Shown one piece after another: positions 37,032-46,658 of a DNA stretch of 64,000 bases. The stretch is taken from the NCBI GenBank assembly GCA_031369495.1, contig JANMOU010000054.1, forward strand, positions 13,195 to 77,194, given 5' to 3'. A model generated the notes under the pieces. The model did not search any database, was not told the DNA's origin, and saw nothing but the letters and a program-made list of their open reading frames with translations. Source of the stretch: Novosphingobium sp. Lineage in GTDB: Bacteria > Pseudomonadota > Alphaproteobacteria > Sphingomonadales > Sphingomonadaceae. The position numbers were made by a program, and so were the translations under genes. Positions within the stretch are counted from its first letter, which is position 1. The number at the start of each line of letters is the position of its first letter.

Positions 37032-39620
37032 ATGGACATGCAAGCAACTCCCGAAGCCGCCCCGCCCGTCATCCGCCGCGAAGCTTATCAGCCGCCCGAA
37101 TGGCTGGTCCCCGAAGTCGCGCTCTCGTTCAATCTCGGGCTTGAGCAAACCAAAGTGGTCGCCACGCTGAAGGTGCGCCGCAATGGACAGAGCCAGACCC
37201 TGCGGCTTAGGGGCGACGGACTGAGTGCAGAAGCGGTGCTGATCGATGGCAACCCCAGCAACGCCTGGCGGATGGACGGTGACGATCTGTTGATCGATCT
37301 GCCCGGCGAAGCTCACGATGTGGCGATTGCCACCGCGATCAATCCGGCCGCCAACAGCCAGTTGATGGGCCTCTATGCCTCGAACGGCATGCTCTGCACC
37401 CAGTGCGAGGCTGAAGGGTTCCGGCGGATCACCTTTGCGCCCGATCGGCCCGACGTGCTTTCGGTTTACACCGTACGGATGGAAGGGCCAAAGGCGCTGT
37501 TCCCGGTGCTGCTGTCCAACGGCAATTGCACCGCCACCGGTGATGCCAGCGATGGCACCCACTGGGCCGAATGGCAAGATCCCTGGCCCAAACCGAGCTA
37601 TCTGTTTGCACTGGTCGCGGGTGATCTGGTCGCCAATCACAGCACTTTCACCACCATGTCTGGGCGCAAAGTCGATCTCAACATCTGGGTGCGGGATGGC
37701 GATCAAGATCGCACCCATCACGCGATGCAGGCGTTGAAAGACTCGATGAAATGGGATGAAGAGGTGTTCGGCCGCGAATATGACCTCGACCTGTTCAACA
37801 TCGTCGCAGTCAGCGATTTCAACATGGGGGCGATGGAAAACAAGGGCCTCAACGTTTTCAACACGCGCTATATCCTGGCCGATCCCGATACCGCGACCGA
37901 CATGGATTATGACGGGATCGAAAGCGTGGTTGCGCACGAATACTTTCACAACTGGTCGGGCAACCGGGTAACCTGCCGGGACTGGTTCCAGCTGAGCCTC
38001 AAGGAAGGCTTCACCGTCCTGCGCGACCAGTTGTTCAGCCAGGACATGGGCAGCCCGGCGGTCAAGCGGATCGAGGACGTGCGGGTGCTACGCTCGGCCC
38101 AGTTCCCCGAGGATTCGGGGCCTCTGGCGCATCCGATCCGGCCTGATGCCTATCAGGAGATCTCCAACTTCTACACGGCGACGGTCTATAACAAGGGCGC
38201 CGAAGTGATCCGAATGATGCGCAGCCTGGTCGGACCTGAGCGGTTCAGGGCTGCCACCGATCTCTATTTTGACCGCCACGACGGGCAAGCGGCGACCTGC
38301 GAGGATTTCGTCTGCGCGGTCGAGGAGGGGGCCGAGATCGACCTTGCCCAGTTCCGGCTGTGGTACAGTCAGGCCGGCACGCCGAAAGTCACCGCATGGC
38401 TGACCCATGAGGGCGATACCGCAACACTCAGCCTCAGTCAGCAGGTGCCCGCCACGCCGGGCCAGCCCAACAAGCAGCCGATGGTCATCCCGCTCAAACT
38501 GGCGCTCTACGATCCCGCAACGGGCCGGCATCAGGGCGAAAAGCTGGTGGTGCTTGATCGGGCCGAGATGGCGTTTTCGTTCCCCGGCTATGCCGCGCGG
38601 CCGGTCTTGTCGCTGAGCCGGGGATTCTCCGCGCCGGTCAGCATTGCTGCGGATACCAACCGGGCCGATCTGTCGTTCCTGGCCGCGCATGATGACGATC
38701 CGTTTGCCCGTTATGAGGCCTTGCAGCAGCTCACCGTTCAGCACTTGCTGGCAGTAATCGGCGGAGACGCAGACCGCGCCGGCACCGCCGCAATCGCCGA
38801 GGCGCTGGGCAACGTGATCGCCGATCCCGCGCTCGATGACCTGATGCGCGGCGAGTTGATGATCCTGCCGGGCGAAGCCTATCTGGCCGAGCAGTTTGCC
38901 AGGGCCGATCCGGGCGCGATTCGCGCCGCGCGGGAAGCGCTGAAAGCGCAGCTTGGCGCAAGCCTGCAGGACCAGTTGGTAGCGCTCCATGCCCGCGCCA
39001 GCCAAGTGCCCTATGACCTTTCGTCACCCGCCATGGGTGCGCGCAAGATCAAGACCCAGGCCTTGGCGCTGCTGGCTGCCGGGGCGCCTGATCTTGCGGC
39101 ACAACTCGCCGCCGCGCAGTTTGACGGCGCCGACAACATGACCGACCGGCAAGGCGCGCTAATGGTGCTGTGCGGGCTCGAAACGTCGCTGCGGGCCGAA
39201 AAGCTGGCGCAGTTCCATGCCCGCTATGCCGGGAACGCGCTGGTGATCGACAAGTGGTTCGGGCTTCAGGCTGGCTCGCTCCACCCGGCGGTGCTGGACC
39301 ATGTCCGGGCATTGGCCGCGCATCCCGATTTCACCCTATCCAACCCCAACCGCGCCCGCGCGCTCTATATGTCGGCGGCGGTCAATCCCGGGGTGTTTCA
39401 TCAGGTGGACGGAGCGGGCTACCGGATGATCGCCGATCTGATCCTCAGCCTCGATCCACTCAATGCCCAGACAGCGGCGCGGTTTGTCGCGCCGCTGGGG
39501 CGCTGGCGGCGGATCGAGCCGGGCCGGGCCGCCTTGATGCGGGCTGAGCTGGAGCGGATCATCGCCGCGCCGGGGCTATCGAAGGACACTTTCGAGCAAG
39601 TGAGCAAGAGCCTTGGCTGA
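37032..39620 (+). CDS. pepN: aminopeptidase N
   Basis: GAMEN and HEYFHNWSGN (HEXXH) motifs, 862 aa. Confidence 0.93.
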   Translation: MDMQATPEAAPPVIRREAYQPPEWLVPEVALSFNLGLEQTKVVATLKVRRNGQSQTLRLRGDGLSAEAVLIDGNPSNAWRMDGDDLLIDLPGEAHDVAIATAINPAANSQLMGLYASNGMLCTQCEAEGFRRITFAPDRPDVLSVYTVRMEGPKALFPVLLSNGNCTATGDASDGTHWAEWQDPWPKPSYLFALVAGDLVANHSTFTTMSGRKVDLNIWVRDGDQDRTHHAMQALKDSMKWDEEVFGREYDLDLFNIVAVSDFNMGAMENKGLNVFNTRYILADPDTATDMDYDGIESVVAHEYFHNWSGNRVTCRDWFQLSLKEGFTVLRDQLFSQDMGSPAVKRIEDVRVLRSAQFPEDSGPLAHPIRPDAYQEISNFYTATVYNKGAEVIRMMRSLVGPERFRAATDLYFDRHDGQAATCEDFVCAVEEGAEIDLAQFRLWYSQAGTPKVTAWLTHEGDTATLSLSQQVPATPGQPNKQPMVIPLKLALYDPATGRHQGEKLVVLDRAEMAFSFPGYAARPVLSLSRGFSAPVSIAADTNRADLSFLAAHDDDPFARYEALQQLTVQHLLAVIGGDADRAGTAAIAEALGNVIADPALDDLMRGELMILPGEAYLAEQFARADPGAIRAAREALKAQLGASLQDQLVALHARASQVPYDLSSPAMGARKIKTQALALLAAGAPDLAAQLAAAQFDGADNMTDRQGALMVLCGLETSLRAEKLAQFHARYAGNALVIDKWFGLQAGSLHPAVLDHVRALAAHPDFTLSNPNRARALYMSAAVNPGVFHQVDGAGYRMIADLILSLDPLNAQTAARFVAPLGRWRRIEPGRAALMRAELERIIAAPGLSKDTFEQVSKSLG

Positions 39621-40377
39621 GCAGGTTCAAGTGCACCGCGCGGGCCTGCTGGAGGGGATCGCGCACGGCTTCCTCGGGCGGTGCGGCGGGGTTTCGACCG
39701 GACTGGTCGCCGGGCTCAATCTGGGGCTGGGGACGGGCGATGACGCTGCCGCCGTCGCTGAGAACCGCGCGCGCGCCGTCGCCGCCATGCTGCCGGGGGC
39801 GCGGCTGGTGACGGTCTATCAGGTCCACAGCGCCGATTGCGTGGTCGCGGGGGAGTGGAGCGATGACGCGCGGCCCCACGCCGATGCGCTCGTCACCGAT
39901 CAACCGGGGCTGCTGCTCGGCATTGTCACCGCCGATTGCGCGCCGGTGCTGCTGGCCGACCGGAAAGCCGGAGTAATCGGAGCGGCCCATGCCGGGTGGA
40001 AAGGCGCGATCGGCGGCGTGACTGACAGCACCATCGCCGCGATGGAAGCGCTGGGGGCGATGCGGGCCGACATTGTTGCCGCCGTCGGGCCTTGTATCGC
40101 CCAGCCAAGCTATGAAGTGGACACCGGTTTCCACAGCCGGTTCATCGCACATGATCCGGGCAATGCTGCCTACTTTGCCGCCGGGCACGGCGATCACTGG
40201 AAATTTGACCTTGAACTGTATGTCGCAGCGCGGCTGGAACGGGCCGGAATTGGCGTGGTCGAGCGGCTTGGGCTGGACACCTATCCCGATGATTCGCAGT
40301 TCTTTTCCTTCCGCCGCGCGACCCATCGGGGGGAGCCTGACTATGGCCGCCAAATGTCCTTGATCGGGCTCGATTGA
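39613..40377 (+). CDS. pgeF: peptidoglycan editing factor PgeF (YfiH / laccase-domain, DUF152)
   Basis: GIAHGFLGRCGG, TADCAPV and HAGWKG motifs. The start may instead be the GTG at 39631. Confidence 0.85.
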   Translation: MAEQVQVHRAGLLEGIAHGFLGRCGGVSTGLVAGLNLGLGTGDDAAAVAENRARAVAAMLPGARLVTVYQVHSADCVVAGEWSDDARPHADALVTDQPGLLLGIVTADCAPVLLADRKAGVIGAAHAGWKGAIGGVTDSTIAAMEALGAMRADIVAAVGPCIAQPSYEVDTGFHSRFIAHDPGNAAYFAAGHGDHWKFDLELYVAARLERAGIGVVERLGLDTYPDDSQFFSFRRATHRGEPDYGRQMSLIGLD

Positions 40378-40553
40378 GTCAGTTTCGTTAAGTGCAACAG
40401 CTATGCACAAATTGGCAGTTGGCAGGGCGCGGCATCGAGTCTATTAGGCCCGCCAAACCGACTGGGCAGGCTGCATCTTGCAGCGCGCGGGCGGTTGGCA
40501 TAGGGGCCTCGCAAGGGGCTTTCCAAAGCCGGGATTTAAGGGGTCGTTTCAGT

Positions 40554-40571
40554 CGAGTGCAGCTGCACTCG
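40554..40571. promoter_or_regulatory. perfect 18-bp palindrome upstream of petA
   Basis: CGAGTGCAGCTGCACTCG ends 35 nt before the petA ATG. Confidence 0.3.
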
Positions 40572-40605
40572 GCCGGGCGGCTGCAACAACAGGATCGGTT
40601 CGACC

Positions 40606-41172
40606 ATGGCACATGATGCTGGCATCGATACTCTGGCCGCACCGGGCGGCGAAGGAGTTCGACGGCGCGATTTCATCAATATTGCAGCGGTCAGCGCAGC
40701 AGGCGCTGGCGGGGCTGCGGTGCTGTTGCCGCTGATTAGCCAGATGGCTCCATCGGCTGACGTGCTGGCGCAGGGTACGGCCGAGGTTGATATCAGCGCG
40801 GTTCAGCCTGGTCAGGCGATCAAGGCGGTTTTCCGCAAACAGCCGCTGTTCATCCGCAACCTGACCGCGCTTGAGATCGAAGAAGCGAACAAGGTTGATG
40901 TGTCCGGCCTGCGCGACCCGCAGACCCTGAAGGAACGGACCAAGGAAGGCCATGAGAACTGGCTGATCACGATGGGTGTGTGTACCCATCTGGGTTGCGT
41001 TCCCTCTGGTGCCGCTACGGGTGAAGTGAAGGGTGAGTTCGGCGGGTATTTCTGCCCTTGCCACGGCTCACACTACGATACCGCCGCGCGCATCCGTAAG
41101 GGCCCGGCCCCGAAGAACCTGCAGGTACCGGAGTACAAATTCACCTCCGACACTGTCGTCACGATCGGCTGA
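40606..41172 (+). CDS. petA: ubiquinol-cytochrome c reductase Rieske iron-sulfur subunit
   Basis: Tat-type RRRDF signal/anchor, CTHLGC and CPCHGS boxes. Confidence 0.93.
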   Translation: MAHDAGIDTLAAPGGEGVRRRDFINIAAVSAAGAGGAAVLLPLISQMAPSADVLAQGTAEVDISAVQPGQAIKAVFRKQPLFIRNLTALEIEEANKVDVSGLRDPQTLKERTKEGHENWLITMGVCTHLGCVPSGAATGEVKGEFGGYFCPCHGSHYDTAARIRKGPAPKNLQVPEYKFTSDTVVTIG

Positions 41173-41183
41173 GGTAACAGAAC

Positions 41184-42467
41184 ATGAGCTTCCCTTGGGC
41201 AAATGAATACAAGCCGAACACCCCCGCGATGGTGTGGCTGGATGAGAGGCTTCCGCTTCCCCGGCTGGTCTACAACGCGGTCGGCGGCGGCTATGAAGTG
41301 CCGCGCAACCTCAACTATTTCTGGAACTTTGGGTTCCTGGCTGGGTTGTGCCTGATCATCCAGATCGTCACCGGCATTGTTCTGGCGATGCATTATGCCG
41401 GCGATGCCCGGCTGGCGTTCGATTCGACCGAGCACATCATGCGCGACGTCAACTGGGGCTGGCTGATGCGCTATACTCACGCAAACGGCGCTTCGGCGTT
41501 CTTTGTGGTGATCTATCTGCACATCTTCCGCGGGTTCTACTACGGATCGTACAAGGCTCCGCGCGAAATGATCTGGCTGCTGGGCGTGGTTATCTTCCTG
41601 TTGATGATGGCGACTGCGTTCATGGGCTATGTTCTGCCATGGGGCCAGATGTCGTTCTGGGGCGCGCAAGTGATTACCGGGCTGTTCTCGGCGATTCCGC
41701 TGGTCGGCGAGGGCTTCCGCGAATGGCTGCTGGGCGGCTATTCACCCGATAACGCCACGCTTAACCGGTTCTTCTCGCTGCACTTCCTGCTGCCGTTCGT
41801 GATCCTGGGCGTGGTTATCCTGCACGTCTGGGCGCTGCACATCCCCGGCTCTTCGAACCCGACGGGCGTCGATGTGAAGGACAAGAGCGATACCGTGCCG
41901 TTCTATCCCTACTACGTCGGCAAGGATGGCTGGACGGTCGGCCTGTTCATGGTGATTTTCAGCCTGTTCGTGTTCTTCATGCCAAACGCGCTGGGCCACC
42001 CGGATAACTACATCCCGGCCAACCCGATGCAGACCCCGGCACATATCGTTCCCGAATGGTACTACTGGCCGTTCTACGCGATTCTGCGGGCCTTTACGGT
42101 CGACTTCCTGATCGTCCCGGCCAAGCTGATGGGCGTCTTGGCGATGTTCTCGGCGATCCTGGTGTGGTTCTTCCTGCCCTGGCTCGACAAATCACCGGTG
42201 CGTTCGGCGGATTATCGCCCGATGTACCGCAAGTTCTTCTGGTTCGGGCTGGTCCCAGCGATGCTGGTGCTGTTCTACTGCGGCGGCGCTCCGGCTGAAG
42301 AACCCTATGTGATGCTGAGCCAGCTCGCGACGCTGTACTACTTCGCGCACTTCCTGATCATCGTCCCGATCGTCTCCTCGATCGAGCGCCCCGATCCGCT
42401 GCCGTTTTCGATTACCGAGGCTGTCCTCGGCAACGATGACAAGGCTGCGCTGGGCGGCCAGAGCTGA
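41184..42467 (+). CDS. petB: cytochrome b
   Basis: Full-length cytochrome b with conserved His ligands and a PEWY motif. Confidence 0.95.
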   Translation: MSFPWANEYKPNTPAMVWLDERLPLPRLVYNAVGGGYEVPRNLNYFWNFGFLAGLCLIIQIVTGIVLAMHYAGDARLAFDSTEHIMRDVNWGWLMRYTHANGASAFFVVIYLHIFRGFYYGSYKAPREMIWLLGVVIFLLMMATAFMGYVLPWGQMSFWGAQVITGLFSAIPLVGEGFREWLLGGYSPDNATLNRFFSLHFLLPFVILGVVILHVWALHIPGSSNPTGVDVKDKSDTVPFYPYYVGKDGWTVGLFMVIFSLFVFFMPNALGHPDNYIPANPMQTPAHIVPEWYYWPFYAILRAFTVDFLIVPAKLMGVLAMFSAILVWFFLPWLDKSPVRSADYRPMYRKFFWFGLVPAMLVLFYCGGAPAEEPYVMLSQLATLYYFAHFLIIVPIVSSIERPDPLPFSITEAVLGNDDKAALGGQS

Positions 42468-42493
42468 ACTCCTAGAGAGGGACTAGAGACACC

Positions 42494-43315
42494 ATGATCC
42501 GCATCATCTCTCTCGCAGTCGGCGCGTTTTTCTCGCTGGCCTTGCTGCTCGGCTTTGGCACCGGGCTGGTGAGCTACATCAGCGAACCCCCGGCCAAGAC
42601 CGCTGAAAAGCTGTTTGTGAAGCATGACCTCAAGCCGCTAAAGCTGGCCAGCGATGGCCCGTTTGGCAAGTTTGACGAAGCCCAGCTGCAGCGCGGCTTC
42701 GCAGTGTATCAGGGCGTTTGCGCTGCGTGCCACGCGATCAAGCAGGTCGCCTACCGCGATCTAGAAAAGTTGGGCTATAACGAAGCTGAAGTGAAGGCGA
42801 TTGCCGCCAAGGCGACCATTGCCGCCAAGGACCCCTTGACCGGTGAAGTCAAGGATCGGCCCGGCCTGCCCGCCGACAAGTTCCCGCCGGTGGTCTATGC
42901 CGGGGTTGGCAATCCGCCAGATCTGTCGCTGATCACCAAGGCCCGGCACGGCGGCGCAGCCTATATCTATTCGCTGCTGACGGGCTATGAGGCCAGCCAG
43001 CCGGCTGAACTGATCAAGAAGTTCCCGGATTCCAAGACCGGCGCGAATATGCACTACAACCCGTATTTCGCGAACCTCAACATCGCGATGGCAGCGCCGT
43101 TGGCGTCGGACGATTTGGTCACCTATTCGGACGGGACCAAGGCGACCAAGGACCAGATGGCTCAGGACGTATCCGCCTTCCTGGTCTGGACGGCTGAGCC
43201 GGAGCTTGAAAAGCGTCATCAGACCGGGTTCGTCTGGCTGCTGTTCATGATCTTCGCGACGGTGCTTGGCTATATGTCCTATCGGAATATCTGGGCCGAG
43301 AAGAAGGGCCACTGA
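42494..43315 (+). CDS. petC: cytochrome c1
   Basis: CAACH heme site and a C-terminal TM anchor. Confidence 0.9.
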   Translation: MIRIISLAVGAFFSLALLLGFGTGLVSYISEPPAKTAEKLFVKHDLKPLKLASDGPFGKFDEAQLQRGFAVYQGVCAACHAIKQVAYRDLEKLGYNEAEVKAIAAKATIAAKDPLTGEVKDRPGLPADKFPPVVYAGVGNPPDLSLITKARHGGAAYIYSLLTGYEASQPAELIKKFPDSKTGANMHYNPYFANLNIAMAAPLASDDLVTYSDGTKATKDQMAQDVSAFLVWTAEPELEKRHQTGFVWLLFMIFATVLGYMSYRNIWAEKKGH

Positions 43316-43336
43316 GGCTGATCTGCCGCAGACAAG

Positions 43337-43380
43337 AAAAAGGCCTCGGCACCGTAAAGTGCCGGGGCCTTTTCTTTTGT
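43337..43380. terminator. rho-independent terminator (bidirectional, petC / aqpZ)
   Basis: AAAAGGCCTCGGCAC-cgtaaa-GTGCCGGGGCCTTTT followed by CTTTTGT. Confidence 0.7.
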
Positions 43381-43391
43381 GGCCATTGCGG

Positions 43392-44093
43392 TCAGTCGTT
43401 GTCGGCCAGCAGGGTCCGATAGCCGATCCCGCCGAGCACGCCGCCGATCATCGGCGCCAGCCAGAACAGCCACAGCTGCTGCAAGGCCACGCCGCCTTCG
43501 ACCAGCGCCGGGCCGGTGCTGCGGGCCGGGTTGACCGAGGTGTTGGTGATCGGGATGGAGATCAGGTGGATCAGGGTCAGCGCCAGGCCGATCGCGATCG
43601 GGGCGGCACCGGCTGCGGCCAGCTTGTGGGTCGATCCCATGATGATCATCAGGAACATCGCGGTCAGCAGCACTTCGGCGACAAAGGCTGCGGCCATGCT
43701 GAACTTGCCGGGCGATGCGCCGTCAAAGCCATTGCTGGCGAGCTTTCCAGCCCCCAGCTCCCACCCGGGTTGGCCCGTTAGCAGCCAATAGAGCGTAAAC
43801 GCTGCGATAATCGCGCCGACCACTTGTGCGACAATATAGGGCAGCACATCCCTCAGCGCGAACCGTCCGCCGGCCCACAGCCCGACGGTCACCGCCGGAT
43901 TGAAATGCCCGCCAGAAACATGCCCCACAGCATAGGCCATGGTCAGCACGGTCAGGCCAAAAGCCAGACTGACCCCGGCAAAGCCAATTCCCAATGTTGG
44001 AAAAGCAGCGGCGAACACCGCGCTGCCGCAGCCGCCAAAAACCAGCCAGAATGTTCCGAAAGTCTCTGCCCACAGGGCTCTCGTATCGGGCAT
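43392..44093 (-). CDS. aqpZ: aquaporin Z
   Basis: Two NPA boxes (HFNPAVT, NPARS), 6 TM helices. Confidence 0.93.
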   Translation of the reverse strand: MPDTRALWAETFGTFWLVFGGCGSAVFAAAFPTLGIGFAGVSLAFGLTVLTMAYAVGHVSGGHFNPAVTVGLWAGGRFALRDVLPYIVAQVVGAIIAAFTLYWLLTGQPGWELGAGKLASNGFDGASPGKFSMAAAFVAEVLLTAMFLMIIMGSTHKLAAAGAAPIAIGLALTLIHLISIPITNTSVNPARSTGPALVEGGVALQQLWLFWLAPMIGGVLGGIGYRTLLADND

Positions 44094-44247
44094 TGTCCCC
44101 TCCTTTCATTTGCGCCGGCCACGCAGCGGAGGAGAAGCTGCTCCTGCATTTTGCTAAGGTAAAGCAGTATTTACTGTAGGTTGGGTGCTGCGGATTGACC
44201 GCGGCGCGGCTCTGACGCATAGGGCTGTCGCACGCCTTCTGGCGCTC

Positions 44248-44321
<74 letters not shown>

Positions 44322-44346
44322 AACTTCCGTCCGCCATGCGGCAGTC

Positions 44347-44431
44347 GCAACACCAACCCACTCCCCCTCCCGGCCGCCCATAGGGTACCCTAGGTTCTGG
44401 GTGGCCGGGAGGGGGAGTGGGCTGGTGTTGC
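44347..44431. repeat. GC-rich palindromic intergenic element, family B copy 1
   Basis: 29-nt arms GCAACACCAACCCACTCCCCCTCCCGGCC / GGCCGGGAGGGGGAGTGGGCTGGTGTTGC (1 mismatch) around a 27-nt loop holding its own palindrome TAGGGTACCCTA. A second copy is at 62606-62694. Confidence 0.8.
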
Positions 44432-44571
44432 AACCATCCAAAGGCGTGGGGCGGGCCTGCCTTGGCAAGCCCGCCCTGCCCCCGGCGAGCGCGGGTTCGC
44501 GCGCTACGCCTTGGCCGCAGGACTACCCCAAATGAAACCCCGGTGATTGCACAAATCCGCCAACCTGCGGA

Positions 44572-45420
44572 TCAGACGGCCATGTTGTCGATCAGCCGGG
44601 TTCCGCCGATCCGGGCCACAACCAGCAAGCGGGCGGGGCCGCCGCCTAGCTGCGACAAAGGCGTCAACGTTTCTGCCTCGCGCACTTCGGCATAGTCGAT
44701 CGAAGAAAAACCGGCGGCCAGCAGAGCGGTCTGAAGTTTCGTCAACGCCGCCGAAAACGCGCTGCCGGCCCGGATCTCGGCAATCGCGGCCTGCATCAGG
44801 CGCGGCAGGGCGGCAGCATTGGCCCGGTCGGCGGGACCAAGGTAGGCATTGCGCGATGACCGCGCCAGACCATCGGCCTCGCGCACCGTGGCCACACCGA
44901 CAATCGCCTCAGCGCGGGGTTCCAGCAAATCCAGATCGCGGGCCATCCGGCGGATCACGGCCAGTTGCTGCCAGTCCTTTTCTCCGAACAGAGCGATGTC
45001 CGGGCGGACCTGGTTGAACAGCTTGCAGACCACCGTGGCGACCCCAGCGAAGTGGCTGGGCCGAACCGAACCGCACAACCCTGCGCTGACCTTGTCGACC
45101 GTGACCGTTGTGGCGTAACCAGCGGGATACATTACTGCGGTATCCGGCACCCAGATCAGGCTGACCCCTTCGGCTTGGAGCAAGGCCTGATCGGCGGCGA
45201 GTTGGCGGGGATAGGTGGCCAGATCCTCATTCGCGCCGAACTGACGCGGATTGACGAAGATCGAAACCGCGACATGGGCCGCGCGCCGCTTGGCTTCGCG
45301 AACCAGCGTCAAGTGCCCTTCGTGGAGCGCGCCCATGGTCGGGACCAGGGCCAGCGGACCATCGGATTTCAGTGCGCTGACGGCACTGCGCAGTGGATCA
45401 AGTTGCCGCAGCGTTTGCAC
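44572..45420 (-). CDS. panC: pantoate--beta-alanine ligase
   Basis: VPTMGALHEGHLTLV motif. Trimmed to the GTG (VQTLRQL), giving the normal ~282 aa length. Confidence 0.9.
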   Translation of the reverse strand: MQTLRQLDPLRSAVSALKSDGPLALVPTMGALHEGHLTLVREAKRRAAHVAVSIFVNPRQFGANEDLATYPRQLAADQALLQAEGVSLIWVPDTAVMYPAGYATTVTVDKVSAGLCGSVRPSHFAGVATVVCKLFNQVRPDIALFGEKDWQQLAVIRRMARDLDLLEPRAEAIVGVATVREADGLARSSRNAYLGPADRANAAALPRLMQAAIAEIRAGSAFSAALTKLQTALLAAGFSSIDYAEVREAETLTPLSQLGGGPARLLVVARIGGTRLIDNMAV

Positions 45421-45523
45421 CTGCGATTCCCCTTGGATAAGACCCTCATGCAGCGAGAGCCCGCCCGCCTTACGTTGCACTGCAGCACGCGGCAACCACT
45501 CAAAATCAGGTTCACCCCACCCA

Positions 45524-46348
45524 GTGTCTTCGCAATTCGGCCCCCATCGCATCGTCTTCGCCAATGAAAAGGGCGGCACCGGCAAATCGACCACGGCGGT
45601 GCATATCGCCATCGCGCTGGCCTATCAGGGCGCAAAGGTGGCCGCGCTCGACCTGGATCCACGCCAGCGCACGCTGCACCGCTATCTGGAAAACCGGGCC
45701 GAGACGGAACGGCGGCGCGGAATCACGCTGCCCACCGCCAAATTCGACGTCTTCAATGGCAGCACGATTGAAGAACTCGATGCGCAGGTTGCCGAACTGG
45801 CCGAGGGGATGGATTTCCTCGTTTTCGATACGCCTGGCCGCGACGATGTCTTCGCCCGCCATGTCGCGACCGAGGCAGATACGCTGGTCACTCCGCTGAA
45901 TGACAGCTTCGTCGATTTCGATCTGATTGGGCAAGTCGATGCCGAAACCTTCAAAGTCCGGCGCCTGTCGTTCTATGCCGAACTGATCTGGGAAGCACGC
46001 AAGAAGCGGGCGATGGCGACAATTACGGACAAGCGCCGCGAGATGGACTGGGTGGTGGTCCGCAACCGTACCCAGCACAGCGAGGCGCGCAATATGAAGC
46101 GGCTCGATTCAGCGCTGACCGAGCTGTCCAAGCGGGTCGGCTTCCGGGTTTCCAATGGCCTGTCGGAACGGGTGATCTACCGCGAACTGTTTCCGTCGGG
46201 CCTGACCTTGCTCGACAAGGGCCAACTGGGCGAGCTGGGCACCAGCCATCTGGTCGCGCGGCAGGAACTTCGCGCGCTGGTCGCTTCGCTGGGCCTGCCG
46301 ATGCCGGCCAAGGCTGCGCCGGAACTGGCGCTGATCGCTCCGGCCTGA
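45524..46348 (+). CDS. mipZ: division-plane positioning ATPase MipZ
   Basis: IVFANEKGGTGKSTTAVHIAIAL, DTPG, and colinear similarity to Caulobacter MipZ as I recall it (..MDWVVVRNR..RVIYRELFP..ARQELRAL..). Trimmed to a GTG. Confidence 0.88.
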   Translation: MSSQFGPHRIVFANEKGGTGKSTTAVHIAIALAYQGAKVAALDLDPRQRTLHRYLENRAETERRRGITLPTAKFDVFNGSTIEELDAQVAELAEGMDFLVFDTPGRDDVFARHVATEADTLVTPLNDSFVDFDLIGQVDAETFKVRRLSFYAELIWEARKKRAMATITDKRREMDWVVVRNRTQHSEARNMKRLDSALTELSKRVGFRVSNGLSERVIYRELFPSGLTLLDKGQLGELGTSHLVARQELRALVASLGLPMPAKAAPELALIAPA

Positions 46349-46361
46349 TAGGGGCGGTCGC

Positions 46362-46658
46362 ATGGGCCGCCTGTTGATCTTTGTTGTGCTGGGCTGTGTG
46401 ATAGTGCGCATGGCAACCGGCAAGTGGCCGTGGGGCTGGTGGAGCGTGTCAGAGCGCTCGCAGGACGCAGCGGTGGCTCGCAACCTGCTAGGTGTAAACC
46501 GAAATGCAACTCGCGAAGAAATTGCGGAAGCACACCGCCGTCTGCTGATTCGGGTCCACCCCGATCACGGCGGCAGCAACGAAGCGGTTCATCAGGCCAA
46601 TGCGGCCCGGGATCTGCTGATCGCGCGGATTTCGCACAGCGACATGGAGATATCATGA
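46362..46658 (+). CDS. membrane-anchored J-domain protein
   Basis: N-terminal TM (LLIFVVLGCVIV) plus a J domain with an HPD tripeptide (VHPDHGGS). Stop overlaps the next ATG (ATGA). Confidence 0.7.
   Translation: MGRLLIFVVLGCVIVRMATGKWPWGWWSVSERSQDAAVARNLLGVNRNATREEIAEAHRRLLIRVHPDHGGSNEAVHQANAARDLLIARISHSDMEIS

Noticed and set aside
40415-40440. TTGGCAGTTGGCAGGGC considered as a sigma-54 (-24/-12) promoter for petABC
   Set aside because: The GG is present, but the -12 TTGC(A/T) element at the correct spacing is missing.
44480-44510. GCGGGTTCGCGCGCTACGCC, a partial look-alike of the tRNA-Gly 3' end (GCGGGTTCGATTCCCGCTACCCGC), considered as an att remnant of an excised island
   Set aside because: It is degenerate and needs an indel. 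It lies only about 160 nt from the tRNA, with nothing but the palindromic repeat in between, and there is no integrase. Chance similarity in GC-rich DNA cannot be excluded.
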